From: Blastomonas sp.
Lineage (GTDB): Bacteria > Pseudomonadota > Alphaproteobacteria > Sphingomonadales > Sphingomonadaceae
NCBI GenBank assembly: GCA_041396885.1
Contig: JAWKXS010000006.1
Span: forward strand, 60,655-124,654
Direction: 5' to 3'
Length of the DNA stretch: 64,000 nt
Shown one piece after another: positions 32,772-44,332 of this stretch. Each line of letters opens with the position of its first letter. Positions within the stretch are counted from its first letter, which is position 1. Made by a program: the position numbers and the translations under genes. The notes beneath the pieces were generated by a model. The model did no database searches. It was not told the DNA's origin and was given only the letters and a program-made list of their open reading frames with translations.

Positions 32772-33455
32772 ATGGCCGGGTTTCGCCCAGTAGCGGCTAT
32801 GGCTCAAGCGAATAATGACGCCTCGATAAAGCTGCACCGCAGGGGGCTTTTGTTCATCCTCTCATCGCCCTCGGGTGCTGGCAAATCGACGATTGCCCGT
32901 ATGCTGCTGGAGGCGGACGAGGATATTTGCCTGTCCGTCTCTGTAACGACCCGTACCCCGCGCGAGGGCGAAGTAGACGGGCGCGATTATCATTTCATCG
33001 ATGAAGCCGAATTTCGCCGAATGGTCGATGCCGGCGAACTGCTCGAATGGGCTGAGGTGTTCGGGCATTATTACGGGACACCCAAGGCTGCGGTTAAACA
33101 AGGCCTGCGCGAAGGCCGCGATTTCCTGTTCGATATCGACTGGCAGGGCACGCAGCAGCTGTATCAGCGCGCCGAGGGCGATGTCGTGCGCGTCTTCATC
33201 CTGCCGCCGTCCATCGAGGAACTGAATGCGCGCCTTCTCAAGCGCGCGACCGACAGCCAGGACGTCATTGCCGGGCGCATGGCCCGCGCCCGCGACGAGA
33301 TCAGCCATTGGGACGGCTATGACTTCGTCGTCATCAACGACAATGTCCAAAACTGTTTCGAGAAGGTCCGCGAGATTCTCCACTCGGAGCGGATGCGCCG
33401 CAACCGCCAGACCGGACTGATCGACTTTGTGCGCGGGCTGATGACCCGCGACTAA
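32772..33455 (+). CDS. gmk: Guanylate kinase
   Basis: It has the P-loop SSPSGAGKST. An alternative start is the ATG at 32799. Confidence 0.9.
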   Translation: MAGFRPVAAMAQANNDASIKLHRRGLLFILSSPSGAGKSTIARMLLEADEDICLSVSVTTRTPREGEVDGRDYHFIDEAEFRRMVDAGELLEWAEVFGHYYGTPKAAVKQGLREGRDFLFDIDWQGTQQLYQRAEGDVVRVFILPPSIEELNARLLKRATDSQDVIAGRMARARDEISHWDGYDFVVINDNVQNCFEKVREILHSERMRRNRQTGLIDFVRGLMTRD

Positions 33456-34169
33456 TCACAATATCCCTTCCAGCAGCTTCTTGCCCTTGCCGATCGGATC
33501 GCTGCGCACTCTGGCCTCTTCCGAGCCGATATAGGCAAAAATGCCCGACAGCGCCTGATCCGTTACGCTGTCCGTCAGCCCGTCATGGCTGAGGTCAAGA
33601 CCGCCCAGCCTGCTCAGCTGCTTGAGCGAACCCAGCCTGTCCAGCTGCTCATAGGCCCCGGCTTCACCCAGCGCCGTGACAATCAGCGGACGCAGCTTGC
33701 CCCGCAAGACACCGCCCGAGGTCCGCTTCAGATAGTCAGTCGCTGCCGTATCGCCACCAGTGACGATGCCGACGCCATCAGACAGGGTCATTTCATCAAT
33801 GGCGGCACGGAAAACCGGTTTTGCCTCCTGCGCCGCAAGCCCTGCCGCATCATTGATCGAGCGCGTCAGATCGCCGGTAAGTCCCGCCTTGCTGGTGAAC
33901 TTCAGCAGCTTTCCGGCTTTCTTGAGCGGACCGGGCAAAAGGATGCGAACCGCCTTGTCGGCATAGAATGCGCCCGGCTGCGATAGCTTGTCCAGCGCGC
34001 TGTCCGACGCATTACCGAGCAATCCCTTGACCGAAAACCCGGATTTGGACGAACCCTGCCAGGCAGCATGGACAGGCGAGACGGCAAGCATGGCGAGCGC
34101 CGGAACCGCCAGCGCCATGCCGAGCGCACATGATGTTTCAAGCAACAGCCTGCCAGCACGAATATTCAT
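33456..34169 (-). CDS. DUF4197-like secreted protein
   Basis: It has a signal peptide and repeated helical segments (ALDKLSQPGAFYADKAVRILLPG). Confidence 0.55.
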   Translation of the reverse strand: MNIRAGRLLLETSCALGMALAVPALAMLAVSPVHAAWQGSSKSGFSVKGLLGNASDSALDKLSQPGAFYADKAVRILLPGPLKKAGKLLKFTSKAGLTGDLTRSINDAAGLAAQEAKPVFRAAIDEMTLSDGVGIVTGGDTAATDYLKRTSGGVLRGKLRPLIVTALGEAGAYEQLDRLGSLKQLSRLGGLDLSHDGLTDSVTDQALSGIFAYIGSEEARVRSDPIGKGKKLLEGIL

Positions 34170-34228
34170 GTCCCCTCCTTCTCGCCGCAATGAGGCCGAT
34201 GGGAGGCTACACCGGAACCGGAGCGAAG

Positions 34229-35029
34229 TTAATGCCCTTCGGGATCGTATTTGTCGCTGGGTATCCAGGCATTGACGACGCCGCCATCGACCGGAATGGT
34301 CGTGCCGATCACGTAATTGCCCGCGCGGCTGGCAAGGAAAATCGCCGCACCGGCCATATCCTCGGTATTGCCGACCCGCTTGTTGGGTATCGACTTCGAC
34401 ACCAGGGCTTCGGCGTCACGCGCTGCCTTGTTCATGTTGGACGGAAACGCACCCGGCGCAATTCCGGTGACATAGATATCGTCGCGCACCAGCCGGACGG
34501 CCATACGCTTGGTCAACTGGATCAATGCCGCCTTGCTCGCCTGGTAGCTGTAGGTTTCCCAGGGATTGATCCGCATCCCGTCGACCGAGGCAATGTTGAT
34601 GACCTTGGCGGGTTCGTCCGCGCTCGCCCCGGCCTTGAGCAGGCCGTGCAGCGCCTGGGTCAGGAAAAAGGGCGATTTGACGTTGAGGTCCATCACCTTG
34701 TCCCAGCCGCTTTCGGGAAATTCGTCAAATTCCGCACCCCAGGCTGCACCGGCATTGTTGACCAATATGTCGAGGCGGGATTCGCGCGCCGCGATTTCCG
34801 CAGCCAGCGCCTTGGCTCCTTCGACAGTCGAAATATCGGCCGGCAGGGAAATGCAGTTGTCGCCAAGATCGGCGGCGGTTGCGTCACAGGCATCGGCCTT
34901 GCGCGCGCTGATATAGACCTTGGCCCCGGCAGCAATATAGCCCTCGGCGATCATCCGGCCAATTCCGCGCGAACCGCCGGTCACCAGGGCGACCTTGCCC
35001 TTCAGCGAAAAGAGTTTGTTGAAATCCAT
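34229..35029 (-). CDS. SDR-family oxidoreductase
   Basis: Motifs are VALVTGGSRGIGR and YSYQASK. The start follows GGGAGAGAAG. Confidence 0.85.
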   Translation of the reverse strand: MDFNKLFSLKGKVALVTGGSRGIGRMIAEGYIAAGAKVYISARKADACDATAADLGDNCISLPADISTVEGAKALAAEIAARESRLDILVNNAGAAWGAEFDEFPESGWDKVMDLNVKSPFFLTQALHGLLKAGASADEPAKVINIASVDGMRINPWETYSYQASKAALIQLTKRMAVRLVRDDIYVTGIAPGAFPSNMNKAARDAEALVSKSIPNKRVGNTEDMAGAAIFLASRAGNYVIGTTIPVDGGVVNAWIPSDKYDPEGH

Positions 35030-35060
35030 TTCTTCTCTCCCTGATTGCAGGCCCGGCGCC

Positions 35061-36197
35061 TCAATAGCCGTGCAGTTCGGCGACACGATTGGCATGGAAG
35101 TTGGCGTCTCCCATGAATTCATTGAGTGCCCGGTCGCGCTTCATGTAGAAACCGATATCATATTCGTCTGTCATGCCGATACCGCCATGCATCTGCACGC
35201 CTTCGCGCACCGCAAGATTTGTCGTGCGGCCCGCCTTGGCCTTGGCCACGGAAACATAGAGATCGGCATTGTCGGCACCCTCGTCGAGCAGCTGTGCCGC
35301 CTTGAGCACCGCCGCGCGGGCAATTTCCATCTCGGAGTAAAGATGCGAGGCGCGATGCTGGAGCGCCTGGAACTCGCCAATCAGCGTGCCGAACTGCTTG
35401 CGCTGCTTGAGATAATCGACGGTCATGTTCATCGCGCCGGTACCGACACCGACCAGCTCCGCAGCCGAACCGGCGCGGCCTGCGCTCAGCAGAGCCTTGA
35501 GCACCTCGCCGCCCTGATCGACCTCGCCGATCACCGCATCGGCATCGACCATGACATTGTCGAGCGCAACATGCGCCGCCATCGAGCTGTCGACCAGCCG
35601 GGTCGCATCGGCGGATAGCCCGGCACTGTCGCGATCCACCGCAAACAGGGTCAGGCCCTCGGCATCATTCTCGCCGCCCGCAGTGCGCGCAACGACGATC
35701 AGCATGTCCGCGCTGGCGCCATGGATGACAAACTGCTTCCTGCCGTTCAGCTTGAAACCATTGCCCGCACGTTCTGCTTTGGTGGCAATGCGGTTGGGAC
35801 GATGCTTCGGGCCTTCGTCAATGGCTAGTCCCAATACGGTATCGCCCGCAAGGATGCCCGGCACATAGCGATCGCGCAGCGGCTTGCCGCCCGCATTCAG
35901 GGCCGCCACCCCGGCAATGGCGGTGGTCAGGAATGGCGAGGGCGAGAGATTGCGCCCGATTTCCTCCATGACCACGCCTGCTTCGACATGGCCAAGGCCA
36001 AGACCGCCCTCATCTTCCGACACCAGAATGCCGGTGAAACCCATTTCGGCAAACTGCTTCCACAGATTGTGGCGAAAGCCATCCTTGCAGTTGATATCGC
36101 GAAGCTCGCGCATATGGGAAACGGGCGCCTCGCCCGAAATGAAATCGCGTGCGCTGTCCTGCAGCATCGCCTGATCTTCGTTGAGAAAAAGTGGCAT
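35061..36197 (-). CDS. Acyl-CoA dehydrogenase
   Basis: It has three-domain ACAD architecture and QMHGGIGMTDEYDIGFYMKR. Confidence 0.85.
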   Translation of the reverse strand: MPLFLNEDQAMLQDSARDFISGEAPVSHMRELRDINCKDGFRHNLWKQFAEMGFTGILVSEDEGGLGLGHVEAGVVMEEIGRNLSPSPFLTTAIAGVAALNAGGKPLRDRYVPGILAGDTVLGLAIDEGPKHRPNRIATKAERAGNGFKLNGRKQFVIHGASADMLIVVARTAGGENDAEGLTLFAVDRDSAGLSADATRLVDSSMAAHVALDNVMVDADAVIGEVDQGGEVLKALLSAGRAGSAAELVGVGTGAMNMTVDYLKQRKQFGTLIGEFQALQHRASHLYSEMEIARAAVLKAAQLLDEGADNADLYVSVAKAKAGRTTNLAVREGVQMHGGIGMTDEYDIGFYMKRDRALNEFMGDANFHANRVAELHGY

Positions 36198-36318
36198 GTA
36201 TTGCCCTTTCGTTCGGTCCGTCATTCCTGCGATAATCTGGCAGATATGCGTGCCATCTGCATGAAATCAGGATAATAGTGGAACCCGCGACTATGAGCGG
36301 GAGAATTGCGAAAACCGG

Positions 36319-37500
36319 CTATGCGCCCGGCAGGTCGAGTATCCGCTTGGAAATGACGTTCAGCATGACCTCGCTGGTGCCGCCCTCGATACTGTTGGCC
36401 TTGGTCCTCAGCCAGGTTCTCGGCTTCGCACCCTGTCCCGATGCCTCGCTTTCCCATTCCAGCGCATCCGATCCATTGCCGGCCATGATGAGTTCATGAC
36501 GCCGCTTGTTGAGCTCGGTACCGGCATATTTCATCATATTGGGCTGGGCAGGATGCCCCTTGCCCGCCTTCATTTCATCGATGAAGCGTTCCGACATCGC
36601 CCGATAGGCAAGCGCATCGACATCGAAATTCGCGAGATCGGCGCGAAGCAGCCCATCATCCATCTGGCCAAGATCATTAAGCCCGATGGTGGCGACGATC
36701 TGCGCGCCTAGCGAGGGCGCACCATCGCCAAGTCCGCCTCCGGAAATCATCTCGCGCTCATGGCCGAGCAGATATTTGGCAACATCCCAGCCGCGATTGA
36801 GCTGGCCGACAATCTGGTGCTTGGGCACCTTCACATTGTCGAAAAACGTCTCGCAAAATGGCGAGTTGCCCGAAATCAGCTTGATCGGCTTGGTCGACAC
36901 GCCTTCCGACGCCATGTCGAACAGCAGGAAGGAAATACCGCGATACTTGTCATTCTTGTCGGTCCGGACAAGGCAGAAAATCCAGTCGGCTTTGTCGGCA
37001 TAGCTGGTCCAGATCTTCTGGCCATTGACCACCCAGTGATCGCCCTTGTCCTCGCCAAAGGTCTGCAGCGACACCAGATCCGATCCGCTGCCCGGCTCCG
37101 AATAGCCCTGGCACCAGCGAATCTTGCCCTGGGCAATGTCATTGAGATAATGGACCTTCTGCTCTTCACTGCCGAAATGGAGCAATGCCGGGCCAAGCAT
37201 CCATATGCCAAAGCTGGAAAGCGGCGGACGTGCCTTGATGCGCGCCATTTCCTGCCGGAAAATCTTTGTTTCCGCCGGGTTCAGTCCGGCACCGCCATAG
37301 GCTTTGGGCCAGTCGGGCACGGTATAGCCCTTGGCGACGCAGCGTTCGAGCCACTGCTTCTGCGCTTCATTCTTGAAGGTCCAGTTGCGTCCGCCCCAGC
37401 AGACGTCATCCTCGGCCCGCACCGGCTTGCGCATTTCAGCCGGGCAGTTCTCCTCCAGCCATGCGCGAATCTCGGAACGGAAAGACTCGGGGTCGCTCAT
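36319..37500 (-). CDS. Acyl-CoA dehydrogenase
   Basis: Motifs are WCQGYSEPGSGSDL and WVVNGQKIWTS. I trimmed the start to MSDPESF (ATG at 37500). Confidence 0.85.
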   Translation of the reverse strand: MSDPESFRSEIRAWLEENCPAEMRKPVRAEDDVCWGGRNWTFKNEAQKQWLERCVAKGYTVPDWPKAYGGAGLNPAETKIFRQEMARIKARPPLSSFGIWMLGPALLHFGSEEQKVHYLNDIAQGKIRWCQGYSEPGSGSDLVSLQTFGEDKGDHWVVNGQKIWTSYADKADWIFCLVRTDKNDKYRGISFLLFDMASEGVSTKPIKLISGNSPFCETFFDNVKVPKHQIVGQLNRGWDVAKYLLGHEREMISGGGLGDGAPSLGAQIVATIGLNDLGQMDDGLLRADLANFDVDALAYRAMSERFIDEMKAGKGHPAQPNMMKYAGTELNKRRHELIMAGNGSDALEWESEASGQGAKPRTWLRTKANSIEGGTSEVMLNVISKRILDLPGA

Positions 37501-37663
37501 ACTCGCTCTCCTGTAATTTTGGCGGAATTGTAGGATTTTCGTCGTGGCGATTGCAAGCGGCAATCCCCCCTTCCCGCGTGCCGTAGCGTCAACGGCATGT
37601 CGATTGACACGACCAGCCGCCATGCCCAGCATGCAAGGCCAAAAGCGACATGGAGAGTGCCTG

Positions 37664-38521
37664 ATGCGATTCGCAGGAAAGATCGCCATTGTGACCGGAG
37701 CCGCATCGGGAATCGGCTATGCCACGGTCCTGAAACTGGCCAGCGAAGGCGCCACGGTCTATGCCGCCGACATTGACGAGGACGGCGGCAATGCCCTGGC
37801 ATCGGCATCGAACGGCCATATCCTTTTCCAGCGCTGCGATGTCACCAATGTGGCCGATATCAAGGCCCTGATGGATCGCGCCGCCACTGAACAGGGCGGC
37901 ATCGACATTGTCTTCAACAATGCGGGCGCAGGCGGGGATCGCGCGCCGATTGACGAGATCGAAGCGGAAGGCTGGGACCGGACCATGGACCTGTTGCTGC
38001 GCTCGGTCGCCATGGGCATCCGCTATGCCGCGCCGCATATGAAGGGGCGCAAGGGCGCCTCGATCATCAACACCGCCAGCGTCGCCGCACTTGGCAGCGG
38101 CTATGCACCGACGGCCTATGCGGTTGCCAAGGCAGGCGTGCTGCATCTTTCGAAGATCGCCGCGACCGACCTTGCCCAATATGGCATCCGCGTCAATGCG
38201 ATCTGCCCCGGCTTCATCAACACCAACATCTTCACCGCTTCGCTGGAAATCAGCGACGACAACAAGCAGACAGCCAAGTCGGTCATCGCCGGAATGTCCG
38301 CCGCTGCGCAGCCGGTCGCGCGTGGCGGGCAGCCCGATGATATCGCCAATGCCGTTGCCTATCTGGCCAGCGAGGATTCCTCCTTCATGACCGGCACCCA
38401 TTTGCTGGTCGATGGCGGCCTCACCATTGGCGAGCGGCACAGCTGGGACCCTGAAACGCCCGGCCTGTTCGATGCTCTCGTCGCGATGGAAGAAGCGAAC
38501 AAGGCGAACCAGACGGCATGA
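37664..38521 (+). CDS. SDR-family oxidoreductase
   Basis: Motifs are IAIVTGAASGIG and YAVAKAG. The start follows GGAGAG. Confidence 0.85.
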   Translation: MRFAGKIAIVTGAASGIGYATVLKLASEGATVYAADIDEDGGNALASASNGHILFQRCDVTNVADIKALMDRAATEQGGIDIVFNNAGAGGDRAPIDEIEAEGWDRTMDLLLRSVAMGIRYAAPHMKGRKGASIINTASVAALGSGYAPTAYAVAKAGVLHLSKIAATDLAQYGIRVNAICPGFINTNIFTASLEISDDNKQTAKSVIAGMSAAAQPVARGGQPDDIANAVAYLASEDSSFMTGTHLLVDGGLTIGERHSWDPETPGLFDALVAMEEANKANQTA

Positions 38522-39966
38522 CGGCTTTGGCTGCACCTGCCTCTCCTGCCCCGCTTCCGATCTGGCTGAAGCTGGCCCATGGCCTCGGCTCGATCGCCTA
38601 TGGCGTCAAGGATAACGGTTTTTCGACATTTCTGCTGCTGTTCTACAATCAGGTTGTCGGGCTCGATGCGGGGATTGTCGGCACTGCGATCATGGCGGCG
38701 CTGATATTCGACGCATTCATCGACCCGGTAATCGGCGAAATGACCGATCGCACCCGCAGCCGATGGGGTCGCCGCCTGCCATGGCTTTATGGCGCGCCGA
38801 TTCCGCTGGCCATCGCCTGGATGCTGCTGTGGAGCCCGCCGGAAATGAGCGACGCGATGACCATCGGCTGGCTGATCGGCTTTGCCATCATCGTGCGCAT
38901 CCTGGTATCGATGTGCGAGGTGCCCTCGGTCGCGCTGGTCCCCGAGCTTACGCCCGATTATGACGAGCGCACGCTGGTCATGCGCTACCGCTTCCTGTTC
39001 GGCTGGGGCGGCGGGCTGCTGATCCTGGTGCTCGCCTATGGCGTGTTTTTCCAGGCGAACGGCGAAACCGACCCGGACGGCTATTTCGCCTATGCGCTGA
39101 CCGGCGCACTGATGATGTCCGGCGCCGTACTGCTATCCGCGGCGGGGCAGCATCGCCGTATCGCCCATCCATCCCCGTCGGCCAGCGCCACCAAGCACAA
39201 GCTTTCGGACGTTCTCGGCGATATGCGGCGCACGCTTTCCAACAAGGCCTTTTTGTGGCTGATCGCCGCCGCCCTGTTCGGCTTCATCAACCAGGGCATC
39301 ACATTTTCCCTGACCAACTATCTGATCGGCTTTTTCTGGCAGCTCGATCAGGGCGAGAAGGTCGCCTATGCGCTGATGCTGTTCGGAACGATGATCGCCG
39401 CATTCCTGCTGGTCGAACCACTGTCAAAGCGGCTCGGCAAGCGCGACGCAGCAATCGTCGCGGGCGCATTGTCGCTGCTGGTCAACAGCGGCATGTACCT
39501 CGCCTATATTGCCGGAGAATTTCCCGGACAGCCCGGACGTCCCGACATCGCCGTCATGTTCGCGCTGTTTTTTGTCGCCAACACCTTTGCGATCATCCTG
39601 ATGATCCTGTCATCCTCGATGATGGCCGATGTTGTCGAGGCGTCGCAGAGCGAAACCGGCAGGCGGTCCGAAGGGTTGTTTTTCGCAGGCTATTTCTTCA
39701 TGCAAAAGCTGGCGACCGGAATCGGTATCTTTCTGGCGGGGCAAATCCTGTCCTGGGCAGCATTTCCGGCGGCCGCGGTTCCCGGATCGGTCTCTTCCGA
39801 CGTTCTGACGGGCCTGGCCTGGGGCTATATGCTGACCCTGCTGGCCGTCGGCATCACCGGCCTCCTCATCTTCCGGCGCTTTCCGATATCGAGGGCGGAT
39901 CATGAGGAACGGGTGCGCAATCTGGCCATAATGTCTTCACTGCCGGACAATCAGGACTCACAATAG
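38518..39966 (+). CDS. MFS transporter, GPH (glycoside-pentoside-hexuronide)-like
   Basis: It has 12-TM-like periodicity and [13 protein letters not shown]. Its start overlaps the upstream SDR stop as ATGA. Confidence 0.75.
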   Translation: MTALAAPASPAPLPIWLKLAHGLGSIAYGVKDNGFSTFLLLFYNQVVGLDAGIVGTAIMAALIFDAFIDPVIGEMTDRTRSRWGRRLPWLYGAPIPLAIAWMLLWSPPEMSDAMTIGWLIGFAIIVRILVSMCEVPSVALVPELTPDYDERTLVMRYRFLFGWGGGLLILVLAYGVFFQANGETDPDGYFAYALTGALMMSGAVLLSAAGQHRRIAHPSPSASATKHKLSDVLGDMRRTLSNKAFLWLIAAALFGFINQGITFSLTNYLIGFFWQLDQGEKVAYALMLFGTMIAAFLLVEPLSKRLGKRDAAIVAGALSLLVNSGMYLAYIAGEFPGQPGRPDIAVMFALFFVANTFAIILMILSSSMMADVVEASQSETGRRSEGLFFAGYFFMQKLATGIGIFLAGQILSWAAFPAAAVPGSVSSDVLTGLAWGYMLTLLAVGITGLLIFRRFPISRADHEERVRNLAIMSSLPDNQDSQ

Positions 39967-40018
39967 CCTCCTGTCTCTGGCATTTAACCGCGCGATTAAG
40001 AATAGAGAGGAAACCCCC

Positions 40019-41305
40019 ATGGACTTTGATCTTACCGAACGGCAGCAATATTGGCGCGATCGCGTCCGCGACCATCTGGAAAATCACGTCTATCCGCGCC
40101 GCCAGGATTATTACGATCAGCAGGCCGAAGGCAGCCGCTGGAAAGTCCTTCCCGTGGTTCAGGAGGAAAAGGTCAAGGCCAAGGCTGCGGGCATATGGAA
40201 CCTGTTCATGCCGCCGCCAAACCCTGCGGTTTCGCACCTCGAACACAGTTTCGAATTTGACGGCCCTGGTCTCACCAACCTTGAATATGCGCTGTGCGCC
40301 GAGGAAATGGGGCGCATCGAATGGGGCAGCGAAGTGTTCAACTGCTCCGCGCCGGATACCGGCAATATGGAGGTTCTGCATCGCTACGGCACGCTGGAAC
40401 AGAAGGAGCAATGGCTCCGTCCGCTGATGGACGGCGAAATCCGCTCGGCCTTTCTGATGACTGAACCGGCGGTGGCGTCGTCCGATGCCACCAATATCCA
40501 GACCTCGATCAGGCGCGAAGGCGATGAATATGTCATCAACGGCACCAAATGGTGGTCGTCGGGCGCGGGTGATCCGCGCTGCAAGATTGCCATCGTCATG
40601 GGCAAGACCGATTTCGAGGCACAGCGCCACCAGCAGCAGTCCATGCTGCTGATGCCGCTCGATGCGGAAGGCGTGAACATCAAGCGCTTCCTGCCAGTCT
40701 TTGGCTTTGACGATGCCCCGCATGGGCATATGGAGATCGAACTCAAGGATGTCCGCGTGCCTGTTTCCAACATGCTGCTCGGCGAAGGACGCGGGTTCGA
40801 GATTGCCCAGGGCCGCCTCGGACCGGGCCGCATCCATCACTGCATGCGCACCATCGGTGCCGCCGAACATGCGCTCGAAAAGATGATCAAGCGGCTCCAG
40901 TCGCGCATCGCTTTCGGCAAGCGCATCTCTGAGCACAGCCTGTGGGAAGAACGGGTTGCAACCGCCCGTATCGACATTGAAATGTGCCGGCTGCTGTGCC
41001 TCAAGGCTTCCGATATGATGGACAAGGTCGGCAACAAGCATGCCAAGGGCGAGATTGCGATGATCAAGGTCGCCGCACCCCGCATGGCGCTGAAGATCAT
41101 TGACGACGCGATCCAGGCCCATGGCGGCGGCGGCGTTTCCAATGATTTCGGCCTCGCCAAATCCTATGCCGGCATCCGTACCGTGCGGATCGTCGATGGC
41201 CCCGACGAGGTTCACAACCGGACCATTGCCCGCATGGAATTCGGCCGGTTCGGACCTGTCGAAGATGCGGGTATCAGCTCTGGCGATATCGGAGCCACAC
41301 GATGA
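40019..41305 (+). CDS. ACAD10/ACAD11-type acyl-CoA dehydrogenase
   Basis: Motifs are [37 protein letters not shown] and VDGPDEVH. Confidence 0.85.
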   Translation: MDFDLTERQQYWRDRVRDHLENHVYPRRQDYYDQQAEGSRWKVLPVVQEEKVKAKAAGIWNLFMPPPNPAVSHLEHSFEFDGPGLTNLEYALCAEEMGRIEWGSEVFNCSAPDTGNMEVLHRYGTLEQKEQWLRPLMDGEIRSAFLMTEPAVASSDATNIQTSIRREGDEYVINGTKWWSSGAGDPRCKIAIVMGKTDFEAQRHQQQSMLLMPLDAEGVNIKRFLPVFGFDDAPHGHMEIELKDVRVPVSNMLLGEGRGFEIAQGRLGPGRIHHCMRTIGAAEHALEKMIKRLQSRIAFGKRISEHSLWEERVATARIDIEMCRLLCLKASDMMDKVGNKHAKGEIAMIKVAAPRMALKIIDDAIQAHGGGGVSNDFGLAKSYAGIRTVRIVDGPDEVHNRTIARMEFGRFGPVEDAGISSGDIGATR

Positions 41306-42387
41306 AGGCAGCCGTTCTGATCGAACCGGGCAAGCCGCTGGAGATCGAAGATCTGCAGATCGACAAGCCCGGTCCCCATGAAGTGCTGATCCGGACGGCC
41401 GCCTGCGGGCTGTGCCATTCGGACCTGCATTTCATAGAAGGGTCCTACCCGCACCCCCTGCCCGCCATCCCGGGACATGAGGCAGCCGGAATCGTCGAGG
41501 CGGTCGGCAGCGAAGTCCGCACGATCAAGCCCGGCGATGCCGTGGTGACCTGTCTTTCGGCCTTTTGCGGTCATTGCGAATATTGCGTGTCCGGGCGCAT
41601 GTCGCTGTGTCTGGGTGGCGAGACCCGCCGTGCCCCGGACCAGCGTGCCCGCATCACGCGGCCCGATGGCAGCACGGTCAACCAGATGCTCAACCTGTCG
41701 GCCTTTGCCGAACAGATGCTGGTGCACGAACATGCCTGTGTGGCAATCAACCCGGACATGCCGCTGGACCGTGCCGCTGTCATCGGCTGCGCGGTAACGA
41801 CGGGTGCCGGTACCATCTTCAACACCTGCAAGCTGACACCAGGTGAGACCGTCGCGGTGATCGGTTGCGGCGGGGTTGGCCTCGCCACCATCAATGCTGC
41901 GAAGATTGCCGGTGCCGGACGGATCATTGCTGCCGATCCGGTTCCCGAGAAGCGGGCGCTTGCGGCAAAGCTGGGCGCGACCGATACCGTGGATGCGGCC
42001 AGTGCCACCGCGGCAAAGGAAATCATCGACCTGACCGGTGGCGGCGTCGATCACGCAATTGAAGCAGTTGGACGTCCTGCCTCGGCCTCGCTGGCTGTCG
42101 GATCGCTCAAGCGCGGCGGGACTGCGACGATCCTGGGCATGATGCCGCTCAGCGAAAAGGTCGGCCTTGGCGCAATGGACCTGCTGTCGGGCAAGAAGCT
42201 GCAGGGCGCGCTGATGGGCGGCAATCGCTTCCCCGTCGACATTCCGCGCCTGGTCGACTTCTATCTGCGGGGACTGCTTGATCTCGACAGCATTGTTGCC
42301 GAGACCATCCCGCTAGCGGATATCAATTCGGGCTTTGACAGGATGAAGCGCGGCGACAGCGCCCGCTCTGTCGTCACCTTCGGCTGA
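41302..42387 (+). CDS. Zinc-dependent alcohol dehydrogenase
   Basis: It has GLCHSDLH...[12 protein letters not shown] and GCGGVG. Its start overlaps the upstream stop as ATGA. Confidence 0.85.
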   Translation: MKAAVLIEPGKPLEIEDLQIDKPGPHEVLIRTAACGLCHSDLHFIEGSYPHPLPAIPGHEAAGIVEAVGSEVRTIKPGDAVVTCLSAFCGHCEYCVSGRMSLCLGGETRRAPDQRARITRPDGSTVNQMLNLSAFAEQMLVHEHACVAINPDMPLDRAAVIGCAVTTGAGTIFNTCKLTPGETVAVIGCGGVGLATINAAKIAGAGRIIAADPVPEKRALAAKLGATDTVDAASATAAKEIIDLTGGGVDHAIEAVGRPASASLAVGSLKRGGTATILGMMPLSEKVGLGAMDLLSGKKLQGALMGGNRFPVDIPRLVDFYLRGLLDLDSIVAETIPLADINSGFDRMKRGDSARSVVTFG

Positions 42388-42419
42388 GACCGGCCAGCAA
42401 ATCATCAAGAGGGATTATC

Positions 42420-43499
42420 ATGCCGACGGACAATATCGACGCCCAGGCATCCATGACAGGCACCATGTCCGTGCCCGAAAAGGATCGCCTTGACGAAGCC
42501 CGGCTGACCGACTGGATGGCCGCGAATGTCGATGGATTTGCCGGGCCGCTGAAGCTCAGCAAGTTCAAGGGCGGACAGTCCAACCCCACCTACAAGGTGG
42601 AAACGCCGGGGCAGAGCTATGTGCTGCGCCGCAAACCATTCGGCCCGCTCCTGCCGTCCGCCCATGCCGTTGATCGCGAATATACGGTGCAGGCTGCGCT
42701 CCATGGACAGGGCTTTCCGGTGTCGCGGCAATTCGGCCTGTGCGAAGATGACAGTGTCATCGGCTCCATGTTCTACGTCATGGCGTTTACCGATGGCACC
42801 ACCTATTGGGACGGGACGCTGCCCGGCAAGACGCCCGGGGAACGGACCGCCATCTACAACCAGATGATCGATACGCTGGCCCGGCTGCACAGCTATGATC
42901 CCGCCACTATCGGCCTTGGCGAATATGGCAAGCCGGGCAATTACTGCTCCCGCCAGATCAGCCGCTGGTCGAAGCAATACCGCCTTTCCGAAACAGATAC
43001 GATCCCGCAGATGGACCGGTTGATCGACTGGTTGCCGCAAACCACCCCTGAGCAGCTCGGCTTTGGCATTGCGCATGGCGATTTCCGGATCGACAACATG
43101 ATCTTCGCCAAGGATGAGCCGCGCATACTCGCCCTGCTCGACTGGGAATTGTCGACGCTGGGCGATCCGATTGCAGACCTTTCCTATTTCCTGATGAGCT
43201 GGGTCCAGCCGGCCGAGGGCCGCAATGGCCTGCTGGGTGTCGATACCGCAGCGCTCGGCATCCCCTCGATGGAGGAAGCGCGTGACCGCTATGTCGAGCA
43301 GGCAAAACTGGACAAGGTGCCGCCCATGGACTGGTATATGTCCTATAACCTGTTCCGGCTGGCGGCGATCCTGCAAGGCATCAAGAAACGCGTGATCGAC
43401 GGCACCGCTTCGTCCGACCAGGCCGAAAAAATGGCGCAGCGCGTCGTGCCGCTTGCCGAATCCGCATGGGATTTCGCGCAGCGCGCCGGGGCGAAATAG
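42420..43499 (+). CDS. Phosphotransferase (APH-like kinase) family protein, like the ACAD10/11 N-terminal domain
   Basis: It has [11 protein letters not shown] and [10 protein letters not shown] kinase motifs. Confidence 0.8.
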   Translation: MPTDNIDAQASMTGTMSVPEKDRLDEARLTDWMAANVDGFAGPLKLSKFKGGQSNPTYKVETPGQSYVLRRKPFGPLLPSAHAVDREYTVQAALHGQGFPVSRQFGLCEDDSVIGSMFYVMAFTDGTTYWDGTLPGKTPGERTAIYNQMIDTLARLHSYDPATIGLGEYGKPGNYCSRQISRWSKQYRLSETDTIPQMDRLIDWLPQTTPEQLGFGIAHGDFRIDNMIFAKDEPRILALLDWELSTLGDPIADLSYFLMSWVQPAEGRNGLLGVDTAALGIPSMEEARDRYVEQAKLDKVPPMDWYMSYNLFRLAAILQGIKKRVIDGTASSDQAEKMAQRVVPLAESAWDFAQRAGAK

Positions 43500-43537
43500 C
43501 CCGAACGGGCAAAGGCAACCAGTCAGGGAGACAGCAA

Positions 43538-44332
43538 ATGGGAGACCTATCAGGCAAGGTCGCGATTGTGACCGGCGCAGGCAGCGGCATTGGTCGGCGC
43601 AGCGCGCAGCTTTTCGCCGAACAGGGCGCAAGGGTCATCGCCGCAGACATTACCGGCAAGCAGGATGAGACCGCCGCCGCCAATCCCGACGCCATCACCG
43701 CCGTTCAGGCCGATGCAGGCAGCGAGTCCGATGTCCAGATGCTCGTCGCAAAGGCGCTGGAGCTGCATGGCGACCTTGATGTCTTTTTCGCCAATGCCGG
43801 GGTTTCGGGCGGCGTAAACGGCATCTTCGACCAGAGTGTCGAGGAATGGGAACGCATTTTGCGGATCAACCTTATCGGTCCGTTCCTGGCCATCAAGCAT
43901 GCCGGCAAGGCAATGGCCGACAAGGGCCATGGCGGATCGATCATCTGCACGGCCTCGGTCGCCGGCCTTCGCTCAGGCGCGGGTGGCCCTGCCTATTCCG
44001 CGTCCAAGGCGGGGGTCGTCAATCTCGTCCGGGTCGGTGCCCAGCAGTTCACCGGCAGCGGCATACGCTGTAACGCGATCTGCCCCGGCCTTATCGAAAC
44101 CGGCATGACCGAGTTCATCTTCAACACCGCCCGCGAACGCGGGACCGAGGACCGGCTGGGACAGCTCAACCCGCTGAAGCGCGGCGGCATGCCCGAGGAG
44201 ATTGCGCAGGCGGCATTGTTCCTGGCCTCTGACCGGTCCAGCTATGTGAACGGCCATGCGCTGGTCGTCGATGGCGGCCTCACCAGTTCGCACCCCTATA
44301 GCCGCCAGCGCTTCGGACAGACCGCGATATGA
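43538..44332 (+). CDS. SDR-family oxidoreductase
   Basis: Motifs are [12 protein letters not shown] and YSASKAG. The start follows GGGAGA. Confidence 0.85.
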   Translation: MGDLSGKVAIVTGAGSGIGRRSAQLFAEQGARVIAADITGKQDETAAANPDAITAVQADAGSESDVQMLVAKALELHGDLDVFFANAGVSGGVNGIFDQSVEEWERILRINLIGPFLAIKHAGKAMADKGHGGSIICTASVAGLRSGAGGPAYSASKAGVVNLVRVGAQQFTGSGIRCNAICPGLIETGMTEFIFNTARERGTEDRLGQLNPLKRGGMPEEIAQAALFLASDRSSYVNGHALVVDGGLTSSHPYSRQRFGQTAI

